DNA of 64,000 nt from Desulfobacterales bacterium (lineage in GTDB: Bacteria > Desulfobacterota > Desulfobacteria > Desulfobacterales > UBA5852): positions 2,432,001 to 2,496,000 of the forward strand of contig CAXXVS010000002.1 in assembly GCA_963674755.2 (NCBI GenBank). The letters run 5' to 3'. Position numbers and translations under genes: made by a program. Below, piece after piece: positions 9,966-20,575 of this stretch. The notes under the pieces were generated by a model, which saw only the letters and a list, made by a program, of their open reading frames with translations, was not told where the DNA came from and did no database searches. Every line of letters starts with the position of its first letter. Positions within the stretch are counted from its first letter, which is position 1.

Positions 9966-11999
9966 ATGAAACGCACCCCCAATATCAGCCATATCCGCAA
10001 CATCGGCATTATCGCCCATATCGATGCCGGCAAGACCACGGTCACCGAGCGCATCCTCTATTATACGGGCAAATCCCATAAGATCGGCGAGGTCCACGAC
10101 GGCGAGGCCGTCATGGACTGGATGGTGGACGAGCAGGAACGCGGCATCACCATCACCTCGGCCGTGACCACCTGCAACTGGCAGGGGACCGACGTGCAGA
10201 TCATCGACACCCCCGGCCATGTGGATTTCACCATCGAGGTGGAGCGCTCCCTGCGGGTCCTGGACGGTGCCGTGGGCGTATTCTGCGCCGTGGGCGGCGT
10301 GGAGCCCCAGTCCGAGACCGTCTGGCGCCAGGCCGACAAATACAAGGTTCCCAAGATCGCTTTCGTCAACAAGCTCGACCGGGTGGGCGCCGATTTTTTC
10401 AATGCCGTAAACGAAATGAAAGAGCGCCTCAAAGCATCCCCCCTCCTGCTGCAGATTCCCTGCGGGGTGGAAGACCGCTTCGAGGGAGTCTACGATCTTG
10501 TCCGCATGCAAAAGATCGTGTGGGACGACGACACCCTGGGGGCCTCATTTGCCACCCACGACCTGACCCCCGAAGAGACGGCCGAGCTGGCCCCCCACCG
10601 GGAACAGATGCTGGAAAGCCTGGCCGAGGTGGACGATCAGATCATGGAAGCCTACCTCGATGAAACGCCCATCGAACCGGATCTGCTGGAAAGTGCCGTG
10701 CGCAAGGCCACCATCACGCTAAAACGCGTGCCGGTGCTGTGCGGCAGCGCGCTTAAAAACAAAGGCATCCAGCCCCTGCTGGATGCCATCGTACGCTATC
10801 TGCCCAGCCCCCTCGACGTGCCGCCCATCAAGGGGGTTCACCCGGACAGCGGGGAGGCCGTGGCCTGCCCTCCCAAGGATAACGCCCCGCTGGCGGCCCT
10901 CATTTTCAAGGTCGCCATGATCGAGGGCCGCAAGATGGCCTATGCCCGGGTCTACAGCGGCAAGCTCAAAGCCGGCGAGGAAGTCTACAACGCCACCCGC
11001 AAGAAAAAGGAACGCATCTCCCGCATCCTCATGATGCACGCCAACAAGCGCGACCGGCTGGACCTGGCCGGGGCCGGCGGCATCGTGGGCATCGTGGGGC
11101 CCAAGGAGTCCTCTACCGGCGAGACCCTCTGCCAGCCGGACCATCCTGTTCTACTTGAAGACATCGAGGTTTACCAGCCGGTGATTTCGGTGGCCGTGGA
11201 ACCCAAGACCCATTCCGACCAGGAAAAACTCGACGAGGTGCTCAATAAGTTTCTGGCGGAGGACCCCACCTTGAAGGTCAAGGTCGACGAGGACACCGGC
11301 CAGACCATTCTCTCCGGCATGGGGGAGCTGCACCTGGAAGTCATCATCAGCCGCATGCTCCGGGAATTCAATACCAGCGTCAATGTGGGCAAGCCCCAGG
11401 TGGTCTACCGCGAAACCATCGCTTCCGCTGGCGAGGGCCATGGCGTCTTCGACAAGGAAGTGGCCGGACAGCGCCATTTCGGCGAAGTTACCCTTCGCCT
11501 GTCGCCGCGGCCGCGCGGGCAGGGCAATGCCTGCGGGGGCATCGTACCGGAGGATCAGATCCCTCCGGCCTTCATGCCGGCCGTCGAAAAGGGGATCATG
11601 GAGTCCCTGGAGAGCGGCACGCTGATGGGCTATCCGGTGGTGGACGTGGAGGCCGAAATCCTCGGGGGCAGTTTCAAGGAATCCCAGGGCAGCGAGCTGG
11701 CCTACCGGGTGGCGGCCTCCATGGCCTGCAAGACCGCCCTGGTCCAGGGCGAGCCCTTTCTGCTGGATCCCATCATGAAGGTGGAGGTTTTCGTACCGGA
11801 AGCCTTTATGGGGGAGGTCATCGGGGATATCAATGCCCGGGGCGGCAAGATCGACGCCATCGAGCACCGCACCGGTCTGCAGGCCATCACGGCCAAGGTT
11901 CCCCTGGCCCGCATGTTCGGCTATTCCACGGCCCTGCGCTCGGCCAGCCAGGGACGGGGAACCTTTTCCATGCACTTCTCCCACTTCGACCGCAGCTGA
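9966..11999 (+). CDS. fusA: Elongation factor G (stand-alone paralog)
   Basis: [53 protein letters not shown]. Confidence 0.95.
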   Translation: MKRTPNISHIRNIGIIAHIDAGKTTVTERILYYTGKSHKIGEVHDGEAVMDWMVDEQERGITITSAVTTCNWQGTDVQIIDTPGHVDFTIEVERSLRVLDGAVGVFCAVGGVEPQSETVWRQADKYKVPKIAFVNKLDRVGADFFNAVNEMKERLKASPLLLQIPCGVEDRFEGVYDLVRMQKIVWDDDTLGASFATHDLTPEETAELAPHREQMLESLAEVDDQIMEAYLDETPIEPDLLESAVRKATITLKRVPVLCGSALKNKGIQPLLDAIVRYLPSPLDVPPIKGVHPDSGEAVACPPKDNAPLAALIFKVAMIEGRKMAYARVYSGKLKAGEEVYNATRKKKERISRILMMHANKRDRLDLAGAGGIVGIVGPKESSTGETLCQPDHPVLLEDIEVYQPVISVAVEPKTHSDQEKLDEVLNKFLAEDPTLKVKVDEDTGQTILSGMGELHLEVIISRMLREFNTSVNVGKPQVVYRETIASAGEGHGVFDKEVAGQRHFGEVTLRLSPRPRGQGNACGGIVPEDQIPPAFMPAVEKGIMESLESGTLMGYPVVDVEAEILGGSFKESQGSELAYRVAASMACKTALVQGEPFLLDPIMKVEVFVPEAFMGEVIGDINARGGKIDAIEHRTGLQAITAKVPLARMFGYSTALRSASQGRGTFSMHFSHFDRS

Positions 12000-12142
12000 C
12001 GGCATCGTGAAAGGGCCAAGTTCAAGGCGCACAAATTCCGAGGAGGGAGGCGTACACCGGTACGCCGCACTGACGAGGAATACCGCTAACGCGGGGGCCG
12101 GAGGCCGTGCAACGCGGAAATTGGCCCTTTCACGATGCCGTC
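11998..12142. mobile_element. MITE/REP-like palindromic element, family 1
   Basis: Perfect 22-bp terminal inverted repeats GACGGCATCGTGAAAGGGCCAA (11998-12019) / TTGGCCCTTTCACGATGCCGTC (12121-12142); core is homologous, in reverse complement, to the element at 60309-60434. Confidence 0.75.
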
Positions 12143-12184
12143 TAACGGGTGATGTTCTATGCTGCCCGGTTCCCCTAGGACCGT

Positions 12185-13642
12185 CTACTCCCTCTTCTTT
12201 TTCTTAGGATCCTTTTTGTCTTTTTCGGCCGATTCGATCTCGGCCAGCAGGGCTTTCGTATCCTCGCGCTGTTTGGGGGGCTGCTCGAACGCCAGGGCCT
12301 TTTTGAGCTGGAAGACGGCCTTTTGCATGTCGCCCTTGTCGTAGTAGAACCGGCCCAGATGATAAAAGGCCTCCCCCTGCCGCCCCATCTGGTTGTAAAC
12401 CTTGCCGAGATCGAATTGCGCCTGGTAGTAGCCGGGATGGTCGCGCAGCAGCTTTTCATACTGGCTCACAGCGGTATCCAGCCGGTCTTCCTCCTGATAG
12501 GCCCGGGCCAGGTAATAGCGGCCCGCGGGCCGGTCCGGAGCTGCCTGGACGGCGCCCTCCAGCACCGGGATGGCCTCGTCGTAGCGCCCCTCGAGCACAT
12601 AGATCCTCCCCAGATCGGTCAGGATGTCCCCGTCCAGGGGGCGTGCCGCCAGCGCTTTCTGAAGATGTTGGATGGCTTCCGCCCGCTGTCCGGTACGGGC
12701 CAGAATGAGGCCGTACTCATAGTTGGTCAGCGGATTGCCGGGATCCTTTTCATAGGCTTGCCGGAATTCATGCAGGACGACGCTTTCGTTGCCGTATTCC
12801 ACTAAAAGCTGGGTATGCATGCGGAAAAACGGGATGGGGTCCACCGGTTTGGGTCGTCCGTATTTCTGGTCGTGCTGCTGCACCCGGCGGTTGATGTCGG
12901 CGATGCGCGTTTCCACAGCCGGGTGGGTCATCATGTAGGTGGGAATTTCGTCGGGCCCGAACCATTGTTTGCTGCGGATCTTCTCGAACATGGTGACCAT
13001 GCCCTCGCCGGCGTACCCGGCCCGGTAGAGGGTCGTCAGACCGAGCTGGTCGGCCTCTTCCTCATCGGCCCGGCTGTATGCCAGCATCATGCTCTGGGTG
13101 CCGGCCGCGGAGCCCATCAAAACGGCCTGGCCGGCCTCGCCGGCCCCGGTGGCCCCCAGCAGAATACCGGCGATCATACCGGCCATGGACAACATGTTGA
13201 GCGTCTTGGACCGTTCGATCTTCTCGGAGATATGGCGGCTGACCACATGGCTGATTTCGTGGGCCAGAATGCCGGCCAGTTCGTCTTCGTTTTCCATGGC
13301 CGCCAGCAGGCCGCTGTAAATAAAGATGTGGCCGGCCGGCGTCGCGAAGGCATTGTAGACGTCCTGTTTGACGACATAAAAATGGTACTCGAAGGGCTGC
13401 TCGGGCAATGTGGCCACGAGTTTCTGTCCCACTTTATTGACGTAGTCCACGATCACCGGGTCCTCGATGAGGATAAACTGCTTCTTCAGCAGCTCGAGAA
13501 ATTCCTTGGAAAGCTCTTTTTCCTCTTTGATCGTAATGGCCAGGGCCGGTACCGCTCCCGACCAGTTCAAAACCAGCAGGACGACCAGGGCCTTCAGGGC
13601 CATTCGCAGCCGGGCTAATCGCTGCATGCGATTTCCTTTCAT
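12185..13642 (-). CDS. M48 zinc metalloprotease with TPR repeats (BepA/YfgC-like)
   Basis: Signal peptide, NAFATPAG, LAHEISHV (HExxH), YSRADEEEADQLG, THP, C-terminal TPR-like helices. Confidence 0.88.
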   Translation of the reverse strand: MKGNRMQRLARLRMALKALVVLLVLNWSGAVPALAITIKEEKELSKEFLELLKKQFILIEDPVIVDYVNKVGQKLVATLPEQPFEYHFYVVKQDVYNAFATPAGHIFIYSGLLAAMENEDELAGILAHEISHVVSRHISEKIERSKTLNMLSMAGMIAGILLGATGAGEAGQAVLMGSAAGTQSMMLAYSRADEEEADQLGLTTLYRAGYAGEGMVTMFEKIRSKQWFGPDEIPTYMMTHPAVETRIADINRRVQQHDQKYGRPKPVDPIPFFRMHTQLLVEYGNESVVLHEFRQAYEKDPGNPLTNYEYGLILARTGQRAEAIQHLQKALAARPLDGDILTDLGRIYVLEGRYDEAIPVLEGAVQAAPDRPAGRYYLARAYQEEDRLDTAVSQYEKLLRDHPGYYQAQFDLGKVYNQMGRQGEAFYHLGRFYYDKGDMQKAVFQLKKALAFEQPPKQREDTKALLAEIESAEKDKKDPKKKKRE

Positions 13643-13909
13643 CGATGAATGCGGGGCTGTTTACGAACAGACGCGCCCCTCAAGTTTGGCGGGGCTATCA
13701 TATGGGATTTCAACGCCTTGATCAAGCACCGTCCGCATATTCCGAAGTCGTTAAAGGCCAATCGGATCGACCCGACGGTGACGTCCGTTCCAAGCGCCCG
13801 TCCGGCCCCGTCAGCCTCCGGCCGCCAAGAAACCTGTTGCACTTTTGCATGCCCTTCGATAGGGTAGACGATCTTTTTAATCACCAAGTTACAGGATGAT
13901 AGCGCATCT

Positions 13910-14668
13910 ATGGCTCATGTGATCTGCATCGCCAACCAAAAGGGCGGCGTGGGCAAAACCACCACGGCGGTCAATCTTTCCGCCTGCCTGGCCGCAGCGG
14001 AAAAACGCACCCTCCTGGTGGATTGCGACCCCCAGGCCAATGCCACCACCGGTCTGGGTATCGACAAGAAAACCCTGGCCCGGACCCTCTACCACGGTCT
14101 GATCGGTCAGGTGAACACGGCGGAGCTCCTGCGGGACACCGCCATCCCGTCCCTGAAGGTGTTGCCTTCCAATGTGGAATTGATCGGCTTCGAAGTGGAA
14201 ATGATGGATACGGAGGGCCGTGAGACCATCCTGAAGCGCTGCCTCAACGGTCTGCGGGAATCCTACGACTACATACTAATGGACTGCCCGCCCTCCCTGA
14301 ACCTGCTGACGGTCAATGCCATGACGGCCGCGGATGCCATGCTGATCCCGCTGCAATGCGAATTTTACGCCCTGGAGGGCTTGAGCCAGCTCCTGCAGAC
14401 CGTCAAGCGCATCAAACAAAGCTTGAATCCGGGGCTCCGCATCGGCGGCATCCTGCTGACCATGTTCGACAAGCGCACCAACCTGTCCTACCAGGTGGCG
14501 GAGGACGCCGAACGCTATTTCAAGGACCTGGTTTACAAAACCACCATCCCGCGCAACATCCGCCTGGGGGAAGCCCCCAGCTTCGGCAAACCGATTCTCA
14601 TGTACGACGCCGCTTCCGTGGGCTCCCAAAGCTATATTCAACTGGCCAACGAAATCATCAATTGTTAA
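13910..14668 (+). CDS. parA: Chromosome partitioning ATPase ParA/Soj
   Basis: NQKGGVGKTTT, DCDPQANAT, DCPPSL, QCEFYALEGL, IPRNIRLGEAPSFG. Confidence 0.95.
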   Translation: MAHVICIANQKGGVGKTTTAVNLSACLAAAEKRTLLVDCDPQANATTGLGIDKKTLARTLYHGLIGQVNTAELLRDTAIPSLKVLPSNVELIGFEVEMMDTEGRETILKRCLNGLRESYDYILMDCPPSLNLLTVNAMTAADAMLIPLQCEFYALEGLSQLLQTVKRIKQSLNPGLRIGGILLTMFDKRTNLSYQVAEDAERYFKDLVYKTTIPRNIRLGEAPSFGKPILMYDAASVGSQSYIQLANEIINC

Positions 14669-14704
14669 TCCCGTAGCGGCAAATACCGGAGCGAGCACAT
14701 CGCT

Positions 14705-15607
14705 ATGGCACGCAAACCCACCGCATCAAATGACACAACAAGCCGCAAACGCAAGAAGATGGCCCTGGGCAAGGGGCTCGAAGCGCTGATCCCCGGGATA
14801 GACGAGACGTCCGAGGAGGCCCGCGACTACCTTCTTTGCGATGTGGCCCTGATCAAACCCAACCGCTACCAGCCGCGGCGCCATTTTGCCGAAAAGGATA
14901 TGGAAGACCTGGCCGCCTCCATTCGCGCCCAGGGGGTCATTCAGCCGCTGCTGGTGCGCAGGGATGGCAGCGGCTACGAGCTGGTGGCCGGCGAACGCCG
15001 CCTGCGGGCCGCCAAAATGGCCGGCCTGCCCCAGGTTCCGGTGGTCGTAAAAGACGTCAGCCAGGCCGAAATGCTGGAAATGTCCATTGTGGAAAACATC
15101 CAGCGGGCGGATTTCAACCCCATCGAGGAGGCCAACGCCTATCACCGACTGATGACCGAATTCGGTCTGACCCAGGACCAGGCTGCCGAGCGGGTGGGTA
15201 AAAGCCGTTCGGCCGTGGCCAATTTCCTTCGTCTGCGGCAATTGGACGATGCCATCAAGACCAGCATCATCGAAGGCGGGATCAGCATGGGGCATGCCCG
15301 GGCCCTGCTCGGCCTGGAGGACCCTGCCATGCGTCTGGCGGCCTGGCGCACCATCATAGACCAAAACCTTTCGGTGCGCGAAACCGAAATGCTGATCCGC
15401 AAACGCAAGGCCGCCCCCGCCAAGCCGGACAGGCGGCCGACGACGGAGATGGATCGCCATCTGACCTCCCTTGCCGATGACCTGTCGCGGTATTACGGTA
15501 CCAAGGTAACGATCCAGCGGCAGAAAAAGAGCGGCACGGTGGCCATCGAATTTTACAGCGACGAGGATCTGGACCGGCTGCTGCAACTTCTGAAACAAGC
15601 CGATTGA
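14705..15607 (+). CDS. parB: Chromosome partitioning protein ParB/Spo0J
   Basis: LGKGLEAL, PNRYQPR, GVIQP, AGERRLRA, ENIQR, HTH VGKSRSAVANFLRL. Confidence 0.95.
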   Translation: MARKPTASNDTTSRKRKKMALGKGLEALIPGIDETSEEARDYLLCDVALIKPNRYQPRRHFAEKDMEDLAASIRAQGVIQPLLVRRDGSGYELVAGERRLRAAKMAGLPQVPVVVKDVSQAEMLEMSIVENIQRADFNPIEEANAYHRLMTEFGLTQDQAAERVGKSRSAVANFLRLRQLDDAIKTSIIEGGISMGHARALLGLEDPAMRLAAWRTIIDQNLSVRETEMLIRKRKAAPAKPDRRPTTEMDRHLTSLADDLSRYYGTKVTIQRQKKSGTVAIEFYSDEDLDRLLQLLKQAD

Positions 15608-15627
15608 CCCCTCTCGGGAGGACCCCT

Positions 15628-15819
15628 ATGTGTGAAGCCAATGCCTATCTCGTACAAGGCGACGACAGCCGCCTCGTCATGGAGGCCGTCGACGTGGTGG
15701 AACCGGGCGAAGACGGAGTGCGTCTGATCAACATCTTCGGCGAACAGAAATTCCTCAATGCGACCATCCATTCCCTCTCATTGGTGGACCACAAGATCTA
15801 TTTGAAAACCAACGGCTGA
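15628..15819 (+). CDS. CooT-family small nickel-binding protein
   Basis: MCEANAYL...VMEAVD...IFGEQK...DHKI; GGAGG RBS upstream. Confidence 0.75.
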   Translation: MCEANAYLVQGDDSRLVMEAVDVVEPGEDGVRLINIFGEQKFLNATIHSLSLVDHKIYLKTNG

Positions 15820-15926
15820 ATTCGCCGGGACTCGGACCCCGCGAAGGATTCCTCGGGAAGCACCCGGAAAGATGATGTATTCCGGGCCGCTGGACAAGAT
15901 GGAGCGCCCTGCCTGCCCGCATCAAA

Positions 15927-17669
15927 ATGAAAATCCTGATCGCCAAAACCGCCGGTTTCTGCATGGGGGTGCGTCGTGCCGTGGAGATGGTGCTCGAAGC
16001 CCCGGACAAGCATGAAGGCCCGATCTGCACTTACGGCCCTTTGATTCATAATCCCCAGGTGCTCGGCCTGCTGGAGGAAAAGGGCATCACGGTGTGCGAC
16101 CGGGTGCCCGCCACGGGTCACGGCACCATCCTGATCCGTGCCCACGGCGTCCCGCCCCAGGCCAAAGCCGGCCTTGGCGCCGCCGGCTTCAATGTCATCG
16201 ACGCCACCTGCCCGCGGGTCATCAGTGTCCAGACGATTATCCGCAAGCATACGGCCAAGGGCTTCGCTTCCATCATTATCGGCGACCGGGACCACCCGGA
16301 AGTGATCGGTCTCAAGGGCTATGCCGGCGACCAGGGGTATGTGGCCGCCTCCCTGGAGGAGCTCCAGCAGCTGCCGGTCTTCGAGCAGGCCATCATCGTG
16401 GCCCAGACCACCCAGAATACACGCCTCTATGAATCGATCAAAGCCTGGGCGGCCGCCGAAGTGCCTCACTACAAGATCTTCGATACGATCTGCGACTCCA
16501 CCGAAAAACGCCAGGCCGAAGTCCAATGCCTGTCGGCCCAGGTGGATGCCGTGGTGGTGGTGGGGGGCCGGGAGAGCGGCAACACCCAGCGGCTCTACGA
16601 GGTGGCCCGCAATTCCGGCAAACCGGCCTTTCATGTGGAAACCGAAGCGGAGCTGGACCTGGACAGCCTGGCCCGATACCGCCGAATCGGCGTGACCGCC
16701 GGCGCGTCGACGCCCAACTGGCAGATCAAGAAAGTCTGCCGGACCTTGGAGGCCATTCCGTATCGGGGTATTACCGGGTGGCGCCGGTCCTTCTACCGCC
16801 TGCAGCGGGCCCTGCTGCTGACGAATATCTATGTAGCCCTGGGGGCCGGCGGTCTGAGCTATGCATCGATGCAGCTTCAGGGCCTGCACCATTTTCTGCC
16901 CCATGGTCTGGTGGCCATGCTCTACGTGCTCTCCATGCATGTCCTGAACCACCTGACGGGAGGCGAGGCCGACCGCTACAACGATCCCGGACGGGCCAAC
17001 TTTTACCAGCGCTACAAGTGGCTCCTGGTCATCATGGCCGTTGCCGGGGGCGCCGGCGGGCTGGGCATTGCCATGGGCGCCGGTCCGTTGCCCTTCGGCC
17101 TCCTCCTGGTCATGAGTCTTCTCGGCCTGTCCTACAATCTGAACATCCTGCCGGCCGCCTTGAGCGGCGGGCGCTACCGCCGGATCAAGGACATCCCCGG
17201 TTCTAAAACCTTCCTGATCGCCGCCGCCTGGGGGCTGGTCACCACGGTGATGCCGGCCCTTTCCGAAAGCGGCCGCATCGGGACCGCCACCCTGGCCGCC
17301 CTGGTCTGGGTGGCCGGGCTGGTATTCGGCCGCACGGCCTTCTTCGATCTCCTGGATGTCCAGGGCGACCGCCTTGTGGGCCGCGAAACCCTGCCCATCG
17401 TACTGGGTGAAAAGCGGGCCATGGATTTGCTAAAGGTGAGCCTGGTCATGCTGATCGCCCTGCCGGCGCTTTCCAGCGCCCTCGGCCTGACCACCGTTTT
17501 GGGCTATTTCCTGACCGTGATCCCCATGGGTATGATGGCCGTCATCACCTTTCACGAAAAGGGCAAACTGCTGGCCGGCGCACGGATCGAATTTCTGACC
17601 GAATCGCACTTTCTCCTGGCAGGCGTGATCGGAGTTGTCTGGTCCATGGCAACGAGGGGCCTTATCTGA
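15927..17669 (+). CDS. ispH: IspH (HMBPP reductase) fused to a C-terminal UbiA-like multi-TM domain
   Basis: AGFCMGV, GPLIHNP, IRAHG, DATCP, HPEV, QTT, TICDST, TAGASTP; C-terminal hydrophobic region with DLLDVQGDRLVGRETLP. Confidence 0.88.
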   Translation: MKILIAKTAGFCMGVRRAVEMVLEAPDKHEGPICTYGPLIHNPQVLGLLEEKGITVCDRVPATGHGTILIRAHGVPPQAKAGLGAAGFNVIDATCPRVISVQTIIRKHTAKGFASIIIGDRDHPEVIGLKGYAGDQGYVAASLEELQQLPVFEQAIIVAQTTQNTRLYESIKAWAAAEVPHYKIFDTICDSTEKRQAEVQCLSAQVDAVVVVGGRESGNTQRLYEVARNSGKPAFHVETEAELDLDSLARYRRIGVTAGASTPNWQIKKVCRTLEAIPYRGITGWRRSFYRLQRALLLTNIYVALGAGGLSYASMQLQGLHHFLPHGLVAMLYVLSMHVLNHLTGGEADRYNDPGRANFYQRYKWLLVIMAVAGGAGGLGIAMGAGPLPFGLLLVMSLLGLSYNLNILPAALSGGRYRRIKDIPGSKTFLIAAAWGLVTTVMPALSESGRIGTATLAALVWVAGLVFGRTAFFDLLDVQGDRLVGRETLPIVLGEKRAMDLLKVSLVMLIALPALSSALGLTTVLGYFLTVIPMGMMAVITFHEKGKLLAGARIEFLTESHFLLAGVIGVVWSMATRGLI

Positions 17670-17706
17670 GGGTGCACTCCCTTTTGCGACCAGTGCAAAA
17701 TCCCTC

Positions 17707-17764
17707 TTGACAATTTTTAGCAATCTATATATTAGACATTCCTAATTAGATTAAGGACTCCTAA
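17707..17764 (+). promoter_or_regulatory. Sigma70-like promoter with two DtxR-type operator boxes
   Basis: TTGACA 17707-17712, 17-bp spacer, TATTAG 17730-17735; boxes TTAGACATTCCTAA 17732-17745 and TTAAGGACTCCTAA 17751-17764. Confidence 0.75.
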
Positions 17765-17775
17765 AAAACATCGCC

Positions 17776-18327
17776 ATGGTTCCGCAACCTAAAACAAAAA
17801 GCAGCAGCAAACCCTTGACCTCAGTCATGGAAGACTATCTCGAGGCGATTTTCGACCTGGATCAGGAAAAAAAGGTCGTACGGGTCAAGGACATCGCCAA
17901 GCGGATGGATGTCAAGATGCCCTCTGTTTCAAGCATGTTGAAAACCCTGAACGATAGGGGGCTGGTGCGCTACGAAAAATATGAATATGTCGAGCTGACC
18001 AGGGACGGGGCCGACGTCGGTGAAGAAATGCGCCGTCGCCATGGTGTTCTGCATAAATTTTTAACGGAAATTTTAAAAATCGACGATGCGGTTGCCGACG
18101 AAGAGGCCTGCAAGATGGAGCACACCCTCAGTTCCGCCACCTTGGACAGCTTGATCGACTTTATGGAGTTTATCCAGACCTGTCCACGGGCGGGACAGAG
18201 CTGGCTGCAGTATTTTGAAGATTACCGGCAACACGGCCGCCGGCCGGAGGCCTGCCGCGCCCGTAGCGAAGCCTTTTCGGACGAGTTCGAAAAACAGGTG
18301 ACGCCTGCAAAGAAAAAGCCGGCATAG
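17776..18327 (+). CDS. DtxR/IdeR/MntR-family metal-dependent repressor
   Basis: MEDYLEAI, VRVKDIAKRMDVKMPSVSSML, LT..G, RRRH..L..FL, ACKMEH. Confidence 0.93.
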   Translation: MVPQPKTKSSSKPLTSVMEDYLEAIFDLDQEKKVVRVKDIAKRMDVKMPSVSSMLKTLNDRGLVRYEKYEYVELTRDGADVGEEMRRRHGVLHKFLTEILKIDDAVADEEACKMEHTLSSATLDSLIDFMEFIQTCPRAGQSWLQYFEDYRQHGRRPEACRARSEAFSDEFEKQVTPAKKKPA

Positions 18328-18395
18328 CCGGTTACAATAAAAAAGATCGGATCCCCCTTCGGCGGGGCAGCGCCGGAAACAGGGTGACCAGGATC

Positions 18396-18430
18396 CGCCC
18401 TGCCACTATCAAGTACAGGGCGGTTTTTTT
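18396..18430 (+). terminator. Intrinsic terminator after the DtxR-family gene
   Basis: CCGCCCTG-loop-CAGGGCGG followed by T7. Confidence 0.7.
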
Positions 18431-18442
18431 AGCACTTTCTTG

Positions 18443-18456
18443 TTAGACATGCCTAA
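18443..18456. promoter_or_regulatory. DtxR-type operator box
   Basis: TTAGACATGCCTAA, near-perfect palindrome, 13/14 identical to the box at 17732. Confidence 0.75.
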
Positions 18457-18499
18457 TATGCAAAGGGATTCAAAACTCATGGGGAAAGACAAGGAGGCA

Positions 18500-18772
18500 A
18501 TGATCAGCGCTTTGAGCAACAGTGTCAAGGAATTGCAGAAGGGAATTGAAACGCACTGCTGTCTGTTGGCTGCGTTGATGGAGGAGCCGCTTGATCTCAG
18601 GCGCCTGCAAACCCAGATGGAACAATGCCCCGAGCGCCAGCGGGAACGTCAATTGCGCGAGGCTCTCCAGGAGGCCATCGAGGTCATCGAGGAAACCCGG
18701 CGGTCCTTCAAATCCAAACGGCTCGAAGCCTTGCGCAAAAAACTGACTCAGGTGCTTATTGATCTGGCCTGA
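18500..18772 (+). CDS. Small helical hypothetical protein
   Basis: AAGGAGG RBS before ATG 18500; charged helical C-terminus EAIEVIEETRRSFKSKRLEALRKKL. Confidence 0.65.
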   Translation: MISALSNSVKELQKGIETHCCLLAALMEEPLDLRRLQTQMEQCPERQRERQLREALQEAIEVIEETRRSFKSKRLEALRKKLTQVLIDLA

Positions 18773-18786
18773 CGCTTAAAACGATT

Positions 18787-18879
18787 TTCGGCATGTCTTG
18801 CGGGTCCCATACCGCTGGCGGTGATGGGAAAAGTGAAGGCGTAACGCGAACGCAACCGCGCTCGGGATACGCCTTTTTT
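18787..18879 (+). ncRNA. Structured leader/attenuator motif, copy A (family not recognised)
   Basis: Box-like TTCGGCATGTCTTG, hairpin TCCCATACCGC/GCGGTGATGGGA, then AAAGTGAAGGCGTA...TACGCCTTTTTT; same architecture at 40719 and 47321. Confidence 0.6.
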
Positions 18880-18939
18880 GTTGGGAAGGGCCGACCAGGC
18901 ATGCCTGTCGAGACGCCCGAAGCAAAGGAGATAGAGACC

Positions 18940-20178
18940 ATGAATGAAAAGCAGTCCCTCAAAACCGCCTCGGATATCCCCCCGACGCCGGAGGTCGCAG
19001 CCCGAACCGTCGTCAGGCGCCTGCCCTTCTGGGAAGCGGACGAGTGCTTCAAATGCCCCGTCGTGGGCCTCTGCCTGAATCTTGCCGAACAAAAAAGGTT
19101 GCTGAGGAAAACGGGGGTGGCCGTTACGAAGCGCACCCCTTTCGAGGTCCACGAGATCCTGGTAGCCGGCGGGCATCAGGAAAACCGCCTGTCCCGGAAA
19201 GTCGATCGGATGCTCGAGCGAAAATTCGGTCCCGCAACCGCAGCCCTCTTTGCCCTCGATTCGCAAGCGTTTCTGGCGCATTTCAAGAGCGCCTTTGAAA
19301 CCGGCGATTATGCCGGCCCGGTATGGGCGGCGGCCGTCAATCCCCAGTTACCCATGGACACCAAGCGCGAAATCTTCGGTGTGATCCATATGACCATGCA
19401 CCAGCATGGGGCCGAGCATCTGCGGTTCAGGCAGAAAATTGCCCGGCAGCAGACCGAAATCGATAAGCTGCGCCAGCACCTCACGGAAACAGCCCGCGGG
19501 CACCGCGACCTGCAAAAACGGTATGAATGCCTGCACCACGCCCAGGCCGGTTTGAAGGCCGGACTGGCCATAGCCAAGCGCGAAAGCCAGCAGCTCAGGG
19601 AAGCCCTGGTCGGGCGCGACAAGGGGACTACTCTCGACCAGGAGAACCGCTGGCTCAAAGCAGAGCTGGAGGCGCTGCGCAGCCGGCTCGCGGACAAACA
19701 ATGCCTGGTAGTGGCCCTGAAGGAAAAACAGCGCCGGCTCGCGGCCGAACTCGATCGCCAGCAGGAGCTGAACGCGCATTTCAGAAAAGAGATTCAGGAG
19801 GCAATGTCCGGAGCCCTGACCTGCAAGACCTGCGATGCCCAATGCCCGGCCTACGATCTATGCCAGCGGCGTATCCTCATCGTAGGCGGCATGACGCGCA
19901 TGGAGTCTCTTTATCGCGGGCTCATCGAGGGCAGCGGCGGGATTTTCGACTATCACGACGGCTATCTGCACAAAGGCGCCCGCCACCTCGAATCACGCCT
20001 GCGGCGGGCGGACGTGGTCCTGTGCCCTGTAAGCTGCAACAGCCACAACGCCTGCTCCGTGGTCAAGAGCCTGGCCAAGAAACACAACAAGACCGTTCAC
20101 ATGCTTGCCAACTCAAGCTTGAACACCGTTTCCCGGGCCATCTGGGGCGAACAAAGCGATCAACATTCCCTGAATTGA
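18940..20178 (+). CDS. DUF2325-domain coiled-coil protein
   Basis: N-terminal FKCPVVGLCL, central coiled coil, CDAQCP, C-terminal ILIVGG...YHDG...ADVVLCPVSCNSHNAC..VK. Confidence 0.8.
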   Translation: MNEKQSLKTASDIPPTPEVAARTVVRRLPFWEADECFKCPVVGLCLNLAEQKRLLRKTGVAVTKRTPFEVHEILVAGGHQENRLSRKVDRMLERKFGPATAALFALDSQAFLAHFKSAFETGDYAGPVWAAAVNPQLPMDTKREIFGVIHMTMHQHGAEHLRFRQKIARQQTEIDKLRQHLTETARGHRDLQKRYECLHHAQAGLKAGLAIAKRESQQLREALVGRDKGTTLDQENRWLKAELEALRSRLADKQCLVVALKEKQRRLAAELDRQQELNAHFRKEIQEAMSGALTCKTCDAQCPAYDLCQRRILIVGGMTRMESLYRGLIEGSGGIFDYHDGYLHKGARHLESRLRRADVVLCPVSCNSHNACSVVKSLAKKHNKTVHMLANSSLNTVSRAIWGEQSDQHSLN

Positions 20179-20190
20179 GAGGAAAACCTG

Positions 20191-20559
20191 ATGAACAGCA
20201 AATTCCAAATCGGCATCCACAAAAACAACGATCATTTGCATGTCCTTCCCCGTGGCGACTTCGACGGCAATTCTGCCTGGGAATTGGTCCACAAATTGAA
20301 TGAAACTTACCGCGGGGAAAAAGAGATCATCATCGATACCAGCCGCCTGCGAAAGGTTTGTCCCTTCGGCCGAACCACCTTCGAATGCCAGATCGACCAA
20401 AGCCGCATCCCGCGGAACCGCTTCCTGTTCACCGGCGAAAAGGGCCCGATCCTCGCGCCGGAGGGCTGTCGGATTTTATCCGCCGGCCGGCCGAAGAGCT
20501 GTGGCTGCGATGGCAATTGTGCGGACTGCCATTGCCGCCAACGACGGAAACCCAACTAA
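20191..20559 (+). CDS. STAS-like hypothetical protein with Cys-rich tail
   Basis: LHVLPRGDFDGNSAWEL, IIIDT, FTGEKG, C-terminal CGCDGNCADCHC; paralog of 47981-48391. Confidence 0.65.
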   Translation: MNSKFQIGIHKNNDHLHVLPRGDFDGNSAWELVHKLNETYRGEKEIIIDTSRLRKVCPFGRTTFECQIDQSRIPRNRFLFTGEKGPILAPEGCRILSAGRPKSCGCDGNCADCHCRQRRKPN

Positions 20560-20575
20560 GAGAGGGGGGGGTAGC

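Noticed and set aside
13640..15620. parS site near parAB
   Set aside because: No TGTTTCACGTGAAACA-like palindrome found by eye
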